DNA from: an uncultured Phycisphaerales bacterium | Lineage (GTDB): Bacteria; Planctomycetota; Phycisphaerae; Tepidisphaerales; Tepidisphaeraceae | DNA: 64,000 nt | NCBI GenBank assembly: GCA_963755915.1 | Contig: CAVWLP010000002.1 | Location: forward strand, 1,536,001-1,600,000 | Direction: 5' to 3' | Shown: piece by piece, positions 45,329-55,261 of the stretch | Layout: every line of letters begins with the position of its first letter | Numbering within the stretch: the first letter of the stretch is position 1 | Translations under genes and position numbers: made by a program | Notes under the pieces: model-generated | What the model was told of the DNA's origin: nothing | Database searches by the model: none | What the model saw: the letters and a program-made list of their open reading frames with translations, nothing else

Positions 45329-46494
45329 CGCTCAAATCCTTCAGCGGCCAATGCTTCAACTCGCGCGATCGCGTCATGATTCAACTGTCCCACTCCCAGA
45401 CCCGCCTGCTGCGGAAGCGAAACGTATCCACCATTCAGCACAAGCGGGCTGGAAATGATCTGCTGGTTGTTGATTCGAACCAGTTCGCCATGCCGGCGTG
45501 TGTCACGAAATAGGCTCGGAGCTGGATACTCCATCATGATTCCGCACGCCACGGTGGCCAGCACATGAACGTGTGCCGCCAGCGCTAATGCCGACCAGGG
45601 GCTGTGGGGCACGCAGAAGATGCCAAGCTCATTGGCGCGCCTCGCCACCCGCAATAGTTGCGAGACCCCGATTCGATAAGCATCGGGCTGGATAACATCA
45701 ACGGCATGGCGATCCAAAAAGCGATCGAACTCATAGCCATGGCAAAGCATTTCACCGCTGGCCATCAGCGTGCGGGAATTTCGCGTCAGCTCGGCATGGC
45801 CCTCGTAATCGTGTGGAGGCAACGGTTCTTCGAGAAAGTAGACGTCGTATTTTTCCAGGAGCGCGGCGATTTTCGCGGCACTCTTCGAGGATACGCCGGG
45901 GCCGAAAAATGCCGGGCAGCCGAAATCGACCATCAGGCGGACCCTAGGGCCGATTGCCTCGCGGATTGCCGCCAATCGCTCTTCATCTTCCGCCGCGAAG
46001 TGATTGCCCCAGCCAAATTTTATTGCGTGGAACCCGGCGGCAACGCATTCGCGGCTCTCGGAGGCAAGACGCTGCGGAGATTTCAGCGGCGGTTCGATGC
46101 CGGGTTTGTAATCGGTGAGGTCAAACGCGGTTCCGCTGGCGTAGACCATCACGTTCTCCTGAACAGCTCCGCCAAACAGCTTGTAAAGCGGTACGCCGCG
46201 CACTTTACCCAGGAGATCCCAGATCGCCATATCCAGAGCACCGGCAGCATATACAACCAGGCCGCCCTGCCACTGCGTCGCCTCGACCAGATCGGCCCAG
46301 ATGCGGGCGACATCTTCGGGTGATCGGTGCGCGACGATGTCAGCCAGCCGCCATGGATAATTCTCGATGATCGGCCGGATCACTGAAACGGGCGCCTCGC
46401 AACCCCCGATGCCGACATGGCCGTCGTCGGATTTGACCTCGACGAGCGTCATTGGAAGTTTCTGACCCAGGATTCTGATGCTGCTGATCTTCAT
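45325..46494 (-). CDS. Mandelate racemase/muconate-lactonising enzyme (enolase superfamily), probably a sugar-acid dehydratase
   Basis: ALDMAIWDLLGK..PLYKLFGG, LMVD, EEP, SGE, IQPD, VPH. Confidence 0.9.
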   Translation of the reverse strand: MKISSIRILGQKLPMTLVEVKSDDGHVGIGGCEAPVSVIRPIIENYPWRLADIVAHRSPEDVARIWADLVEATQWQGGLVVYAAGALDMAIWDLLGKVRGVPLYKLFGGAVQENVMVYASGTAFDLTDYKPGIEPPLKSPQRLASESRECVAAGFHAIKFGWGNHFAAEDEERLAAIREAIGPRVRLMVDFGCPAFFGPGVSSKSAAKIAALLEKYDVYFLEEPLPPHDYEGHAELTRNSRTLMASGEMLCHGYEFDRFLDRHAVDVIQPDAYRIGVSQLLRVARRANELGIFCVPHSPWSALALAAHVHVLATVACGIMMEYPAPSLFRDTRRHGELVRINNQQIISSPLVLNGGYVSLPQQAGLGVGQLNHDAIARVEALAAEGFER

Positions 46495-46527
46495 CGATTA
46501 TGCTATGAAAAAGGAAATAGTGAGGCC

Positions 46528-47583
46528 CTAGCGCAATGAGATTTCACTGATACGATTGGTGCGATTTTCGTTGGAATCGGGCTCCCCACCGATCAGCCAC
46601 CAGGTGTCGTTGGAAACCTTGATCAGCGGCGCGCAACTGGCCTGGATAACCGTTCGGCCGATGAGCGATGCGCCAAGCGTACGGAGGTCGAGCAGCCAGA
46701 CTTCATCGTGTATATGGCCGTCGGCGCGTCCTGTAAGCAAAATGTGATGGGTGTCGATTGGATCGGCGCTCCAGCAATAGCCGTCGATGGGAAGGGTACC
46801 CAAAACAGACCAATGACCTGTTTTGGGGTCATAGCGGAGGGCATCACTGAGAGTCCGGTCGTGGACGCTTCCGGTTCCATCAGCCAATCCACCGAGGACG
46901 TAGATAGAGCCGCCGCACACGACGACGCCCGGATAGGCGCGGCCAGCGCCAGGGAGCGGCGTTGATTCAGTCCACTTCGAATCTTTGGAGGATAGATCGA
47001 GGGACCAGACTCGGTTCGTTGCCGTCCGACCGTCGAGCTGGCCGCAGATCACGTAGAACTTTCCGTCGGCGATGGCTCCATCACAGGCACTGATCGCGAC
47101 GGGAAAATCGGGCAATCTGCGAACTTCCAGATTTCCATCGACGGATGTGAGATAGCAGGCGACCTTGGTGGCGGTGTCCGGAGCGCTCAGACCACCCGCA
47201 AGATACAGGCCGGTATCGTCCTGGGCGAAGGCGCCTTCGGCCAAGCCCGTGGGAAGATCCGGACCGTTTGACCACGCATCTTTTTCGAAAACCTCCGTGC
47301 CTTTTAGGAAGCTTTTTATAGTGCGCTGCGCGTTCCAGGAAGTCCCCCCTGCTACGATGACTTTTCCAGCCACCAAGCCACCGGCGTGACTGCCGCGGCC
47401 GATTTGAATCGGCGGACCTTCGACTACCTGGGCCGTCCACTCGGAATTCTGCAAGTCGATCTGAACGGCCTTTATTGATTTGCTGTTCAACTCGTTGAAT
47501 AGTAACCCCATAGCAACTCCTACCGCCAGTGTCGAAACCGAACACCGCTCAACGGCCCGAACTATGAAACTATTTCGAATCAT
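46528..47583 (-). CDS. Kelch-repeat protein (NanM-like mutarotase candidate)
   Basis: Repeated YxxGG/W kelch blades; N-terminal hydrophobic segment; RBS GGGAGG. Confidence 0.8.
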   Translation of the reverse strand: MIRNSFIVRAVERCSVSTLAVGVAMGLLFNELNSKSIKAVQIDLQNSEWTAQVVEGPPIQIGRGSHAGGLVAGKVIVAGGTSWNAQRTIKSFLKGTEVFEKDAWSNGPDLPTGLAEGAFAQDDTGLYLAGGLSAPDTATKVACYLTSVDGNLEVRRLPDFPVAISACDGAIADGKFYVICGQLDGRTATNRVWSLDLSSKDSKWTESTPLPGAGRAYPGVVVCGGSIYVLGGLADGTGSVHDRTLSDALRYDPKTGHWSVLGTLPIDGYCWSADPIDTHHILLTGRADGHIHDEVWLLDLRTLGASLIGRTVIQASCAPLIKVSNDTWWLIGGEPDSNENRTNRISEISLR

Positions 47584-47693
47584 TGGGTGTTCCTCCCAAT
47601 CAGACCCTTTCCGGAGAATGAGGAAGCTCGATTTTTTCCCGTGCGAATGATCAGAACGAGGCGCGACAAAAGCGCGACAAAACACGTTCAATG

Positions 47694-48794
47694 TCACCCG
47701 TCTTCGCGCGACGCCGGCCCGGTTAAATGCATGAAAGCTTCCTCCAGATTTGCTTCGAGCTCGGCAAACCTGGCAACCCTGATGCCGGCCTCGATTAAAA
47801 GACGCAGCGCGGTTTCCAATTGAGCGTCGTCGGCATCCACCTCGTATCGGAGCGTCTTGGCGCCACTGGCGGCAGTGTCATTGGCGCGCATGGGCCTCCA
47901 ATTGCCGGGTGCATCGCGAAGAACGCGCTGCGCGCCGGCGCAATCTCCGGCCACCTTGATTTCCATCAACCGTGTCGGCCGAACCTGGCGCAGAACGTCG
48001 CGCACGGTTCCGGACGCGACCATCTTTCCGCCAACAAGGATTCCAATTCCGTCGCAGACATCCGCGAGCTCGGGAAGAATATGGCTGCTGACCAGAACGG
48101 CCTTACCGACCTTGGCCAGTTCTCTCAGTAGCTGGCGCATCTGCACGCGCGCCCTGGGATCGATCGTCGCGGCGGGTTCGTCGAGAATTAAAATGGCCGG
48201 GTCGTGAAGCAGCGTTTTTGCGATTCCCACGCGCTGCTTCATCCCGCGCGACAATCCACCCATGTCTTTATCGCGGAATTCCGCAGCGTTGGCGATGCTC
48301 AGACAATAACCAATCCGGTCAATGCGGGCCTTTCGCGGGATACGATACGCCGCGGCAAAAAAATCCAGATATTCCTGAACGGTGAGCTGGGGATAAATGC
48401 CAAAATTGTCCGGTAGATAGCCAACGAGCCGCTTGATTCGATCTCGATTGCCGGTGACGTCCTTCCCGTCGATCATGGCGACGCCACTGGTCGGCTGGAG
48501 GAGCCCGGAAAGTATCCGAAAGGTAGTGGTCTTTCCGGCGCCGTTGGGACCGATATATCCGAAGACCTCGCCCGCTTTGACCGTCAGATTCAAGTCGCGA
48601 AGAGCATAGTGTTCGCCATATTTCTTGGTCAGACCGCGCGTGATGAGGATTGGCTGCGGCGCGGGCGCCGATGCGTCGACTTCCGGCTTGGGTTCAGTTC
48701 GCGGCGGTTGTCCGGGCTTTGGCATGGACAAGTCCCTGCCAGCCTCAATTGCCAATGGATTCCGTTGCATGGCTTCCCTTTGGACGCTGTTCAT
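47694..48794 (-). CDS. ABC exporter ATP-binding protein
   Basis: GPNGAGKTT, LSRGMKQR, ILDEP, SSHIL. Confidence 0.92.
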   Translation of the reverse strand: MNSVQREAMQRNPLAIEAGRDLSMPKPGQPPRTEPKPEVDASAPAPQPILITRGLTKKYGEHYALRDLNLTVKAGEVFGYIGPNGAGKTTTFRILSGLLQPTSGVAMIDGKDVTGNRDRIKRLVGYLPDNFGIYPQLTVQEYLDFFAAAYRIPRKARIDRIGYCLSIANAAEFRDKDMGGLSRGMKQRVGIAKTLLHDPAILILDEPAATIDPRARVQMRQLLRELAKVGKAVLVSSHILPELADVCDGIGILVGGKMVASGTVRDVLRQVRPTRLMEIKVAGDCAGAQRVLRDAPGNWRPMRANDTAASGAKTLRYEVDADDAQLETALRLLIEAGIRVARFAELEANLEEAFMHLTGPASREDG

Positions 48795-49732
48795 TTGGTG
48801 GCGTGAAGCTTTCGCGCTTTGGGTGACTTTCGATAAGTGTCTCCATCACCCGAATCCTGCAGCAACTCGCGCACGACCGGCTCGTCCAAAACTTGAGCGA
48901 TTTGCGCTTCGGTCAGACTTGCGAACGGAGCGGGCATAAAATTTCCCGGGATCTCCCGAGCATTGGCAAGCAGCGTAAAGGTCGGAAAGACTCCATATTT
49001 ATGCAGGACGGCCAAAAGCGCGGACAACCGTTTTTGCGCGGCAGCCGCCGCAACCCAATCCTCAGCCTCGGCCGCCGTCTTGATCGCTTTGACCCACGAC
49101 GGGGCGAGTGAAAATACTCCATCCAAATGTTCGCGAATCCCATGCCGAAGGAGCAAGTCGACCAGGTGAGCCTGGGCAACCACCACCCTGAAATCCGACG
49201 GTACGGAATCAATCAGTTGCCGAGTGAGCGAAGAATCTCCCGAGCACTTGATCCCACCAATCTTGGGATGCGTGGCGAGTTCGCGGACGGTATCGAGTTC
49301 GAGCCCGGTTTTCGTAAGCACGGGCAGGTCGTAAAGGAAAACGGGATTTCGCGAACGGTCGGCGAGGGATTTAAAATAGGCGATCAGTTCCGCCTGGCTG
49401 AAGCGAAAGAAGTAAGGAGTAAGCACGACAACAGCGTCGACTTTACGCTCGTTGAGAAACTGAATTCGCTCGAGGGTTCGGCTTTGGCCGGTGTCACCGA
49501 CGCCGACCATCACCTCGCCTCGCCCGCGGGAAAACTCGATGCAATGGTCTACCAGCGAACGATAGGTGGCGTCGGTCAGCATTTGCATGGCGCCCATCGT
49601 TCCGCCGACCAGAACGCCGGTCATTCCGCCAGTCCATTGGTCTGCCAAATGTGCTTCGAGGCCTTCAATGTGCAGGGATTCCCCGTCAGTAAGCGGAGTC
49701 CCTATTGCGGCAATTAGTGATATTTCATCCAT
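48791..49732 (-). CDS. DHDPS/NanA-family class I aldolase
   Basis: GGTMG, LTPYFF, LYDLP, Schiff-base Lys in GIKCS. Confidence 0.88.
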   Translation of the reverse strand: MDEISLIAAIGTPLTDGESLHIEGLEAHLADQWTGGMTGVLVGGTMGAMQMLTDATYRSLVDHCIEFSRGRGEVMVGVGDTGQSRTLERIQFLNERKVDAVVVLTPYFFRFSQAELIAYFKSLADRSRNPVFLYDLPVLTKTGLELDTVRELATHPKIGGIKCSGDSSLTRQLIDSVPSDFRVVVAQAHLVDLLLRHGIREHLDGVFSLAPSWVKAIKTAAEAEDWVAAAAAQKRLSALLAVLHKYGVFPTFTLLANAREIPGNFMPAPFASLTEAQIAQVLDEPVVRELLQDSGDGDTYRKSPKARKLHATK

Positions 49733-49833
49733 TTATGCCATTATCCCAGAAGGCAGACCATTGTACCAACCCTTTGTCAAATTCAGTCAAAAAAGGTGCT
49801 TGAAGTTTGTCTGAATGTCTTTGAATGATTACG

Positions 49834-49859
49834 TTGACAATTCTTTCATTAATTGTCAA
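49834..49859. promoter_or_regulatory. Palindrome TTGACAA-N12-TTGTCAA (operator or back-to-back -35 boxes)
   Basis: Same motif and spacing at 63969-63994, upstream of the paralogous gene. Confidence 0.6.
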
Positions 49860-49945
49860 GATAAATCCGTTGTTTCGGGTACGGGTCGGCATAGGTGACC
49901 CCGATTGTTGTGAGTCGGGTCTATTTTTCTGCGGTGAGGTGGCAC

Positions 49946-50707
49946 ATGCCGGGCATCACACACAAGCGACCGATGTCAGCGGGGTTTACGTTGGTTGAGC
50001 TGTTGGTTGTTATCGGGATCATTGCCATCCTGATCGGAGTGCTGCTTCCCGTGATCAGCCGGGCGCGAGACGCCGCGCTGACGACACAGTGCGCAAGCAA
50101 TCTGCGCCAGGACGGTATCGCTGTGAATCAATACCTGAGCGACTACCACGGATTTTTGCCGCCCTACATGCAAGCCGGCACTTTTCCGCTTCCCCAGCCG
50201 CCTTATATTTTCCAATATCTCCCGGCGCTTTACCAGACACCGAATGCGAATACCTGGGTGTGTCCTTCGGATAACTTTCAATTGGCGCTCGGTACCTCCG
50301 GAGAAGTGGGCCCCGAACGCGGGCCCTATCCCGAGGTGAACGATCAGGCGACAGATATTTATTACAGCTATGCACAGAATGGGTGCGAGCCGATGGGACA
50401 CGGATATGTCTATCCAGGAATGAATTCATATCTCAATCCGGGGCTCGGTATGAAAGTGCGTCAGTCGGGAGATTTTATGTTCCTGTTTGAGACCGGCCAG
50501 GACGGACTTCAGGTGTACTCTCAGCCGACGAATTACTTTCGCTTTAATCACCTGCACAACACCGCAATGAATGTCCTGTTCATGGATGGACATGTTGACA
50601 CAAGAACTGCCAACCAGATGCTTCCCAGCGCCACAAATCCATGGACGGCAGACCTGCGGGCCCTGTGGTTCGGACAGGCTGATGCAATTTCGCAATTGAC
50701 GTTCTAG
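49946..50707 (+). CDS. Prepilin-type N-terminal cleavage/methylation protein with H-X9-DG C-terminus (DUF1559-like)
   Basis: [37 protein letters not shown]. Confidence 0.9.
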   Translation: MPGITHKRPMSAGFTLVELLVVIGIIAILIGVLLPVISRARDAALTTQCASNLRQDGIAVNQYLSDYHGFLPPYMQAGTFPLPQPPYIFQYLPALYQTPNANTWVCPSDNFQLALGTSGEVGPERGPYPEVNDQATDIYYSYAQNGCEPMGHGYVYPGMNSYLNPGLGMKVRQSGDFMFLFETGQDGLQVYSQPTNYFRFNHLHNTAMNVLFMDGHVDTRTANQMLPSATNPWTADLRALWFGQADAISQLTF

Positions 50708-50715
50708 ATGGGTTC

Positions 50716-51750
50716 TAGAGCATTTTCACGTGGCCTCTAGCGCCAGCGGCAAGGATGCGATAAGTTGAATGCCGACAGGAGGTCGTCGGCATGGAAGCGT
50801 ATTCTTTGGATCTTCGTAAGCGAGTTCTGGCCGCGTGCGATGCGGGCCAGCCCACCAAAAAAGTCGCGGAGCAATTCGAGGTGTCGCCGGCCTGGGTGCG
50901 ACGTTTAAAACAACGTCGCCGGGAAGACGGCAGCATCGAGCCGCGGCCCATCCCGGGCGCCAAACCCAAGCTGGATCAGGCCGCTCGCGATTGGCTGCTG
51001 GAGAAGGTGCGTTGTCAGCCCGATGCGACGTTGGAGGAACTGAGACACCGGCTCAAAACGGAATTGGGGATCGGCATCAGCATCGGCGCGTTGTGGATGG
51101 CGCTGCGGAAGCAGAAGTTCTCTTTTAAAAAAAGTCGGTCCACGCCGCCGAACAGGAGCGGCCCGACGTCCAGGCGCAGCGGGCAGTCTGGTTCGAGCAG
51201 TTGAAGGACATACCGCTGAAAAACCTTGTGGTGATCGATGAAAGCTGCGCCGTGACCAACATGATGCGGACGCGTGGACGATGCCTCAGGTCCGATCGTC
51301 TGGTCAGCGCCGTGCCGCATGGGCATTGGAAGGTGCTGACCATCATCGCGGCCATGACGCTTCGCGGCGTTCAAACCGCCGTGACCGTCGACGCTCCTTG
51401 CGATGGCGAGATCTTCCGCAACTTTGTCCAGGACGCCCTGGTCCTCACGCTGCGGCCCGGGCAGGTGGTGATCATGGATAATCTGCAATCCCACAAAGTC
51501 AGCGGGATTCGCCAGGCGATCGAGGCCACGGGGGCCCGTCTGCTGTATCTGCCGCCGTACAGTCCCGACTTCAGCCCCATCGAACCGATGTGGTCCAAGG
51601 TGAAGCAGAAGCTTCGTTCACTGGCGGCCCGGACGGTGGAGACATTGGGCCAAGCGGTGGAGGAAGCACTGGCCGCGGTCACCGCCTCCGACTGCGAAGG
51701 TTTCTTCAGGCACACAGGGTATACGCTACATGATAAATGAAAATGCTCTA
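50716..51750 (+). mobile_element. IS630-family element
   Basis: Ends TAGAGCATTTTCA / TGAAAATGCTCTA (terminal TA = target duplication). Confidence 0.93.
50791..51740 (+). CDS. IS630 transposase, two ORFs joined by a probable programmed frameshift at TTTTAAAAAAAG (~51123-51134)
   Basis: AYSLDLRKRV HTH; IDES, MDNL, LPPYSPDFSPIE DDE motifs. Confidence 0.9.
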
Positions 51751-52908
51751 ATCGCGCGGACTGGACTTTGTCGGCAGAGTGCGAACGGATTCTCCTTCGA
51801 CGAGCTTTCCCTGAATAAACAGAGGCTCGGCGGGCACGATCTGATTGTCCACAAATTCCGTGATAATACGTGCCAACGCCTGCCCGATGCCGTCCGCATC
51901 AGGCACATAGCTGGTGATCGATACCGAGCCGGATAAATGCTGCACGTTCTGACCATAGCCAACGAGGGACAGATCTTCGGGGATCTTCAGACCGAGTTGG
52001 TTGGCGGCGCCCATCGTTGCCTGACAGACCCGCCAGTTCTCTGCAAAGATCACAGTCGGGCGCGTACGGCTGGACAGAATCTCGGTGATCATTTGCGGCA
52101 AAGATTCTCCAGCATAGGCGTGGAAGAATAGGTGGCGGTTGATTGGCAGGCCGAGCGAGGCAAAAGCTTCTCGATACCCGGCGGCAAAAATGCCGATCGC
52201 TTCCTGATCGATGGCGGCGCTGCACACCATCGCAATTTCCCGGTGTCCTCGATCCAGCAGATATCTCACCGATTCGCGGCTTACCGCTTTCACATCCTGT
52301 CCCACCCACGGCGCTTTGAGCGGCGAGAATGTGCACGAGCTGACAACAAGAAAATCGGGAGGAACGATCTGGCGATAAGCCTCGAAACAGTTCCCAATGG
52401 CGCAAATGCCTCTGATGCGCACCTGGTGGATGATTCGCCGCAGACGTGCCTGGTCCTCCTGAGGATTTTCGCCCAGACTCAGAATCTGCACGCCGAAGCT
52501 CTGTTTCGCCAGTGAGCGTTCGATGAATCGCAGCATTGTCGCGAAAGCATAGTCTTCATCGAGGTGAGTGGTTTGGGCGTTGGAGCAGACGACGAGAATT
52601 GTTCCGCGGGACAATCGCGATTCTGCCATCGAATCGACGATGCGATTAACAAACGTGCCGCGAGCGCGCTTGCGAGAGATATACCCGTCGCGTTCCAGGA
52701 CGGCCAAAGCCTGACGGACCGTCGAACGGCTCAGATGATGCAGATCGACAAGCTCCGTTTCGGTTCCCAGGAGGTCGCCCGGCTTAAGACCGCGTTCAGC
52801 GATATCGCTCAGGAGCTTTTGAGCCAATTCCAGGTATTTTGGCGCAAAATTGCGCTGATCAATCCGCAGGAGCGACTGACCGTCATCTATGCTCAATTGA
52901 TCTACCAT
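51748..52908 (-). CDS. GntR-HTH + LacI-type sugar-binding domain regulator (AraR-like architecture)
   Basis: LKPGDLLGTE..SRSTVRQAL..RARGTFV; RGHREIA, IPEDLSLVGY. Confidence 0.88.
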   Translation of the reverse strand: MVDQLSIDDGQSLLRIDQRNFAPKYLELAQKLLSDIAERGLKPGDLLGTETELVDLHHLSRSTVRQALAVLERDGYISRKRARGTFVNRIVDSMAESRLSRGTILVVCSNAQTTHLDEDYAFATMLRFIERSLAKQSFGVQILSLGENPQEDQARLRRIIHQVRIRGICAIGNCFEAYRQIVPPDFLVVSSCTFSPLKAPWVGQDVKAVSRESVRYLLDRGHREIAMVCSAAIDQEAIGIFAAGYREAFASLGLPINRHLFFHAYAGESLPQMITEILSSRTRPTVIFAENWRVCQATMGAANQLGLKIPEDLSLVGYGQNVQHLSGSVSITSYVPDADGIGQALARIITEFVDNQIVPAEPLFIQGKLVEGESVRTLPTKSSPRD

Positions 52909-53194
52909 GACTCCCTATTGATACGCTTAGTCACGCCTTTGATATCAAATCATCCGCTTCGGCCATACTATACCATCGGTCAGGAATATATGAATCTGGT
53001 CTTGCCACCAAATTTGTCTGATCGAAACACCTTTTACCAATCGGTGCAACGGGTGGATATGGAACCGGTCTTATTTTGCTTGAATCCTATTATATCTATT
53101 AGTATCATGATTAGTACAAATAGGCCGATCTCGATCTTTTGAACAAAACTCGCTTTCAGTCAAATATACCCATTTTACCGGAGAGTTCAGTCCC

Positions 53195-53965
53195 ATGGCG
53201 GCACACAATGAGAAGGCTGGTTTGAGTCAGGCCCGGGATGATTTCCAACGTGACGGCTTCGTCATCCTCCGTCAGTTCCTTGCCCCAAAAGAGCTGTCCG
53301 AACTGAAGTCCAACCTCGATCGCTATGTGCGGGAGGTGGTCCCGGAAATCCCCGCCACGGACGTGATGTACGAAGACAAGCAGGATCCCAATACGCTCAA
53401 GCAATTGGCGCACATTCGAATGCACGATGCCTTTTTCAGGGATCTGATTGAGAGCCCGAAATGGCTGGGGCTGGCAGAATCGCTTTTGAAGGACAATGCG
53501 TTGCCGCAAGAGTTGGAATGGTTCAATAAACCGCCCAAGGTGGGGAAGGCCACTCCTCCGCATCAGGATGGCTACTACTTCATGCTCGAGCCAAATGAAG
53601 CAGTCACTATGTGGCTCGCCCTGGACGATGTGGACGAGTCCAACGGCTGCATGAGATACATTGCCGGCTCCAATCGCACCGGAATGCGGCCCCACGGGCG
53701 CACTGGCGTGCTCGGATTTTCGCAGGGAATCTCCGACTACGGCGACACCGACCGCGCCGCCGAGATTCCAATATCAGCCAAACCTGGCGATCTGCTCGTC
53801 CATCATTCTCTAACCATCCATCGCGCCGATGCCAATCCCAGTTCGCGGCATCGCAGATCCCTTGGCTTTGTCTACTACGCCGCCAAGGCGCGCCAGGATA
53901 AACAGAAGCTCGCAAGCTATCAGGATGGGCTCTACAAAGAGCTTGCCGCAGCTAAGAAAATCTAA
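53195..53965 (+). CDS. PhyH-family Fe(II)/2OG dioxygenase
   Basis: FQRDGFV, HQD, WLALDD..NGC, PGD..H..TIH. Confidence 0.9.
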   Translation: MAAHNEKAGLSQARDDFQRDGFVILRQFLAPKELSELKSNLDRYVREVVPEIPATDVMYEDKQDPNTLKQLAHIRMHDAFFRDLIESPKWLGLAESLLKDNALPQELEWFNKPPKVGKATPPHQDGYYFMLEPNEAVTMWLALDDVDESNGCMRYIAGSNRTGMRPHGRTGVLGFSQGISDYGDTDRAAEIPISAKPGDLLVHHSLTIHRADANPSSRHRRSLGFVYYAAKARQDKQKLASYQDGLYKELAAAKKI

Positions 53966-54084
53966 TCTGACGCCCAAAATAAAAGTCACTGCCCGGCCAA
54001 CTGCACCTTGGTTCTGATCTGCGTTGACGCCATTCAACTTCCGCGCACCGAAAGCAGGTTCCACATCGGTTGATCTCTTTGGCC

Positions 54085-55131
54085 TCAATTTCCCGGGCTA
54101 ATATAAGTGCCGCCGCTTGCCGCCGAACCGACTGCGTCGCCGGGAAAATGATCGGGGCCGCCGGAGACTTGGATCACGGAGTTTGATTGAACGATGTACC
54201 GGGTTCCAGTGACGGGTGTTCCGGGAAATTTGTTGCCATAAGAAGAAATCAGCGCGAGGTTTTCCGCAACGGCGAAAGCGGCCGTAAAGCGCAGGGCGCC
54301 GGAGATGGTAACAACCTTGTTGTCGATATCGATTCTCGATCCGGGCGTGTTTGAAAGCATGTGATAGCCGGCGCCGCCGGTGATCTGGTAGTCGCTAAAG
54401 GCCTTGATGATCCCCCCATAGGCGGAGAGATGGATGCCGGTCCCCATCGGTCCGAAGCTGACGTGGTAGAACGTTATTCGGCTGCCGAAATAGGAGAGCA
54501 TTCCGACGGTTGAACCGGTGCCGGTGAGGGTCATTCCGTCGATATTCACCCTCGTGTTCATGATCTCGAAGATATTGTTCGACCTGCCGGTGATCACGAC
54601 ATTTTCGGGATGATCAGGATTTCCGACGAACCGGACATCGGAGACCTGGCCGACGATGTATCCGTCACAAACAACGGTGTTATCCTTCCCTTTGACGGGG
54701 CCATACGTTCCATCGGCAAGCTTGATAACTACGACGTTACCGGCAAGATCGTAATTGTTTTTGATGGTGTCATAAGCGTGCTGCAATGTTTGCCAGGGGG
54801 TGCTGGCCGTGAGCCCGTCGGCCTGGTCACTTCCCGAGGGGCTCACGTAGAATTCGGCGTCGCTCGTGAGCCGAATTCGCGCCCCGCTTTGGACGGCGGC
54901 CGGTGTGCCGCCCGCAATCGGCGCGGACTCACCGTTTTGAGTGGCGGCACAACCGCAAAGGAGAAGAGCAGTAAGAAATACCCCGGCTATGCCGGCTGGT
55001 CCCCAGATTCGATTAGCCACAAAATTAATGCTCCTTCCACCGGTCCGGCTGTATGCCGTCGGCGCAAATATAAAAAAGATGGAGTTGTTGAAACGGCCAC
55101 GAATCGATTGCTTCAGAATGCCGATGAACAT
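54085..55131 (-). CDS. Putative lipoprotein with beta-helix (pectin-lyase-like) domain
   Basis: Lipobox LLLCGC; FYVSPSGSDQADGL..PWQTLQHA..IKLADGTY. Start codon uncertain. Confidence 0.7.
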   Translation of the reverse strand: MFIGILKQSIRGRFNNSIFFIFAPTAYSRTGGRSINFVANRIWGPAGIAGVFLTALLLCGCAATQNGESAPIAGGTPAAVQSGARIRLTSDAEFYVSPSGSDQADGLTASTPWQTLQHAYDTIKNNYDLAGNVVVIKLADGTYGPVKGKDNTVVCDGYIVGQVSDVRFVGNPDHPENVVITGRSNNIFEIMNTRVNIDGMTLTGTGSTVGMLSYFGSRITFYHVSFGPMGTGIHLSAYGGIIKAFSDYQITGGAGYHMLSNTPGSRIDIDNKVVTISGALRFTAAFAVAENLALISSYGNKFPGTPVTGTRYIVQSNSVIQVSGGPDHFPGDAVGSAASGGTYISPGN

Positions 55132-55261
55132 TGAAACCGCACAATACGCGACGATTCAGCCGCATTGAGTTCCCAATGCAGCCTGATCGCCAAAAGAAAA
55201 AGCGAAGCCAGAGTCTTTCGGGTCTTCGCTTCAGTACAAATGATATTGACGATGAATGCAC

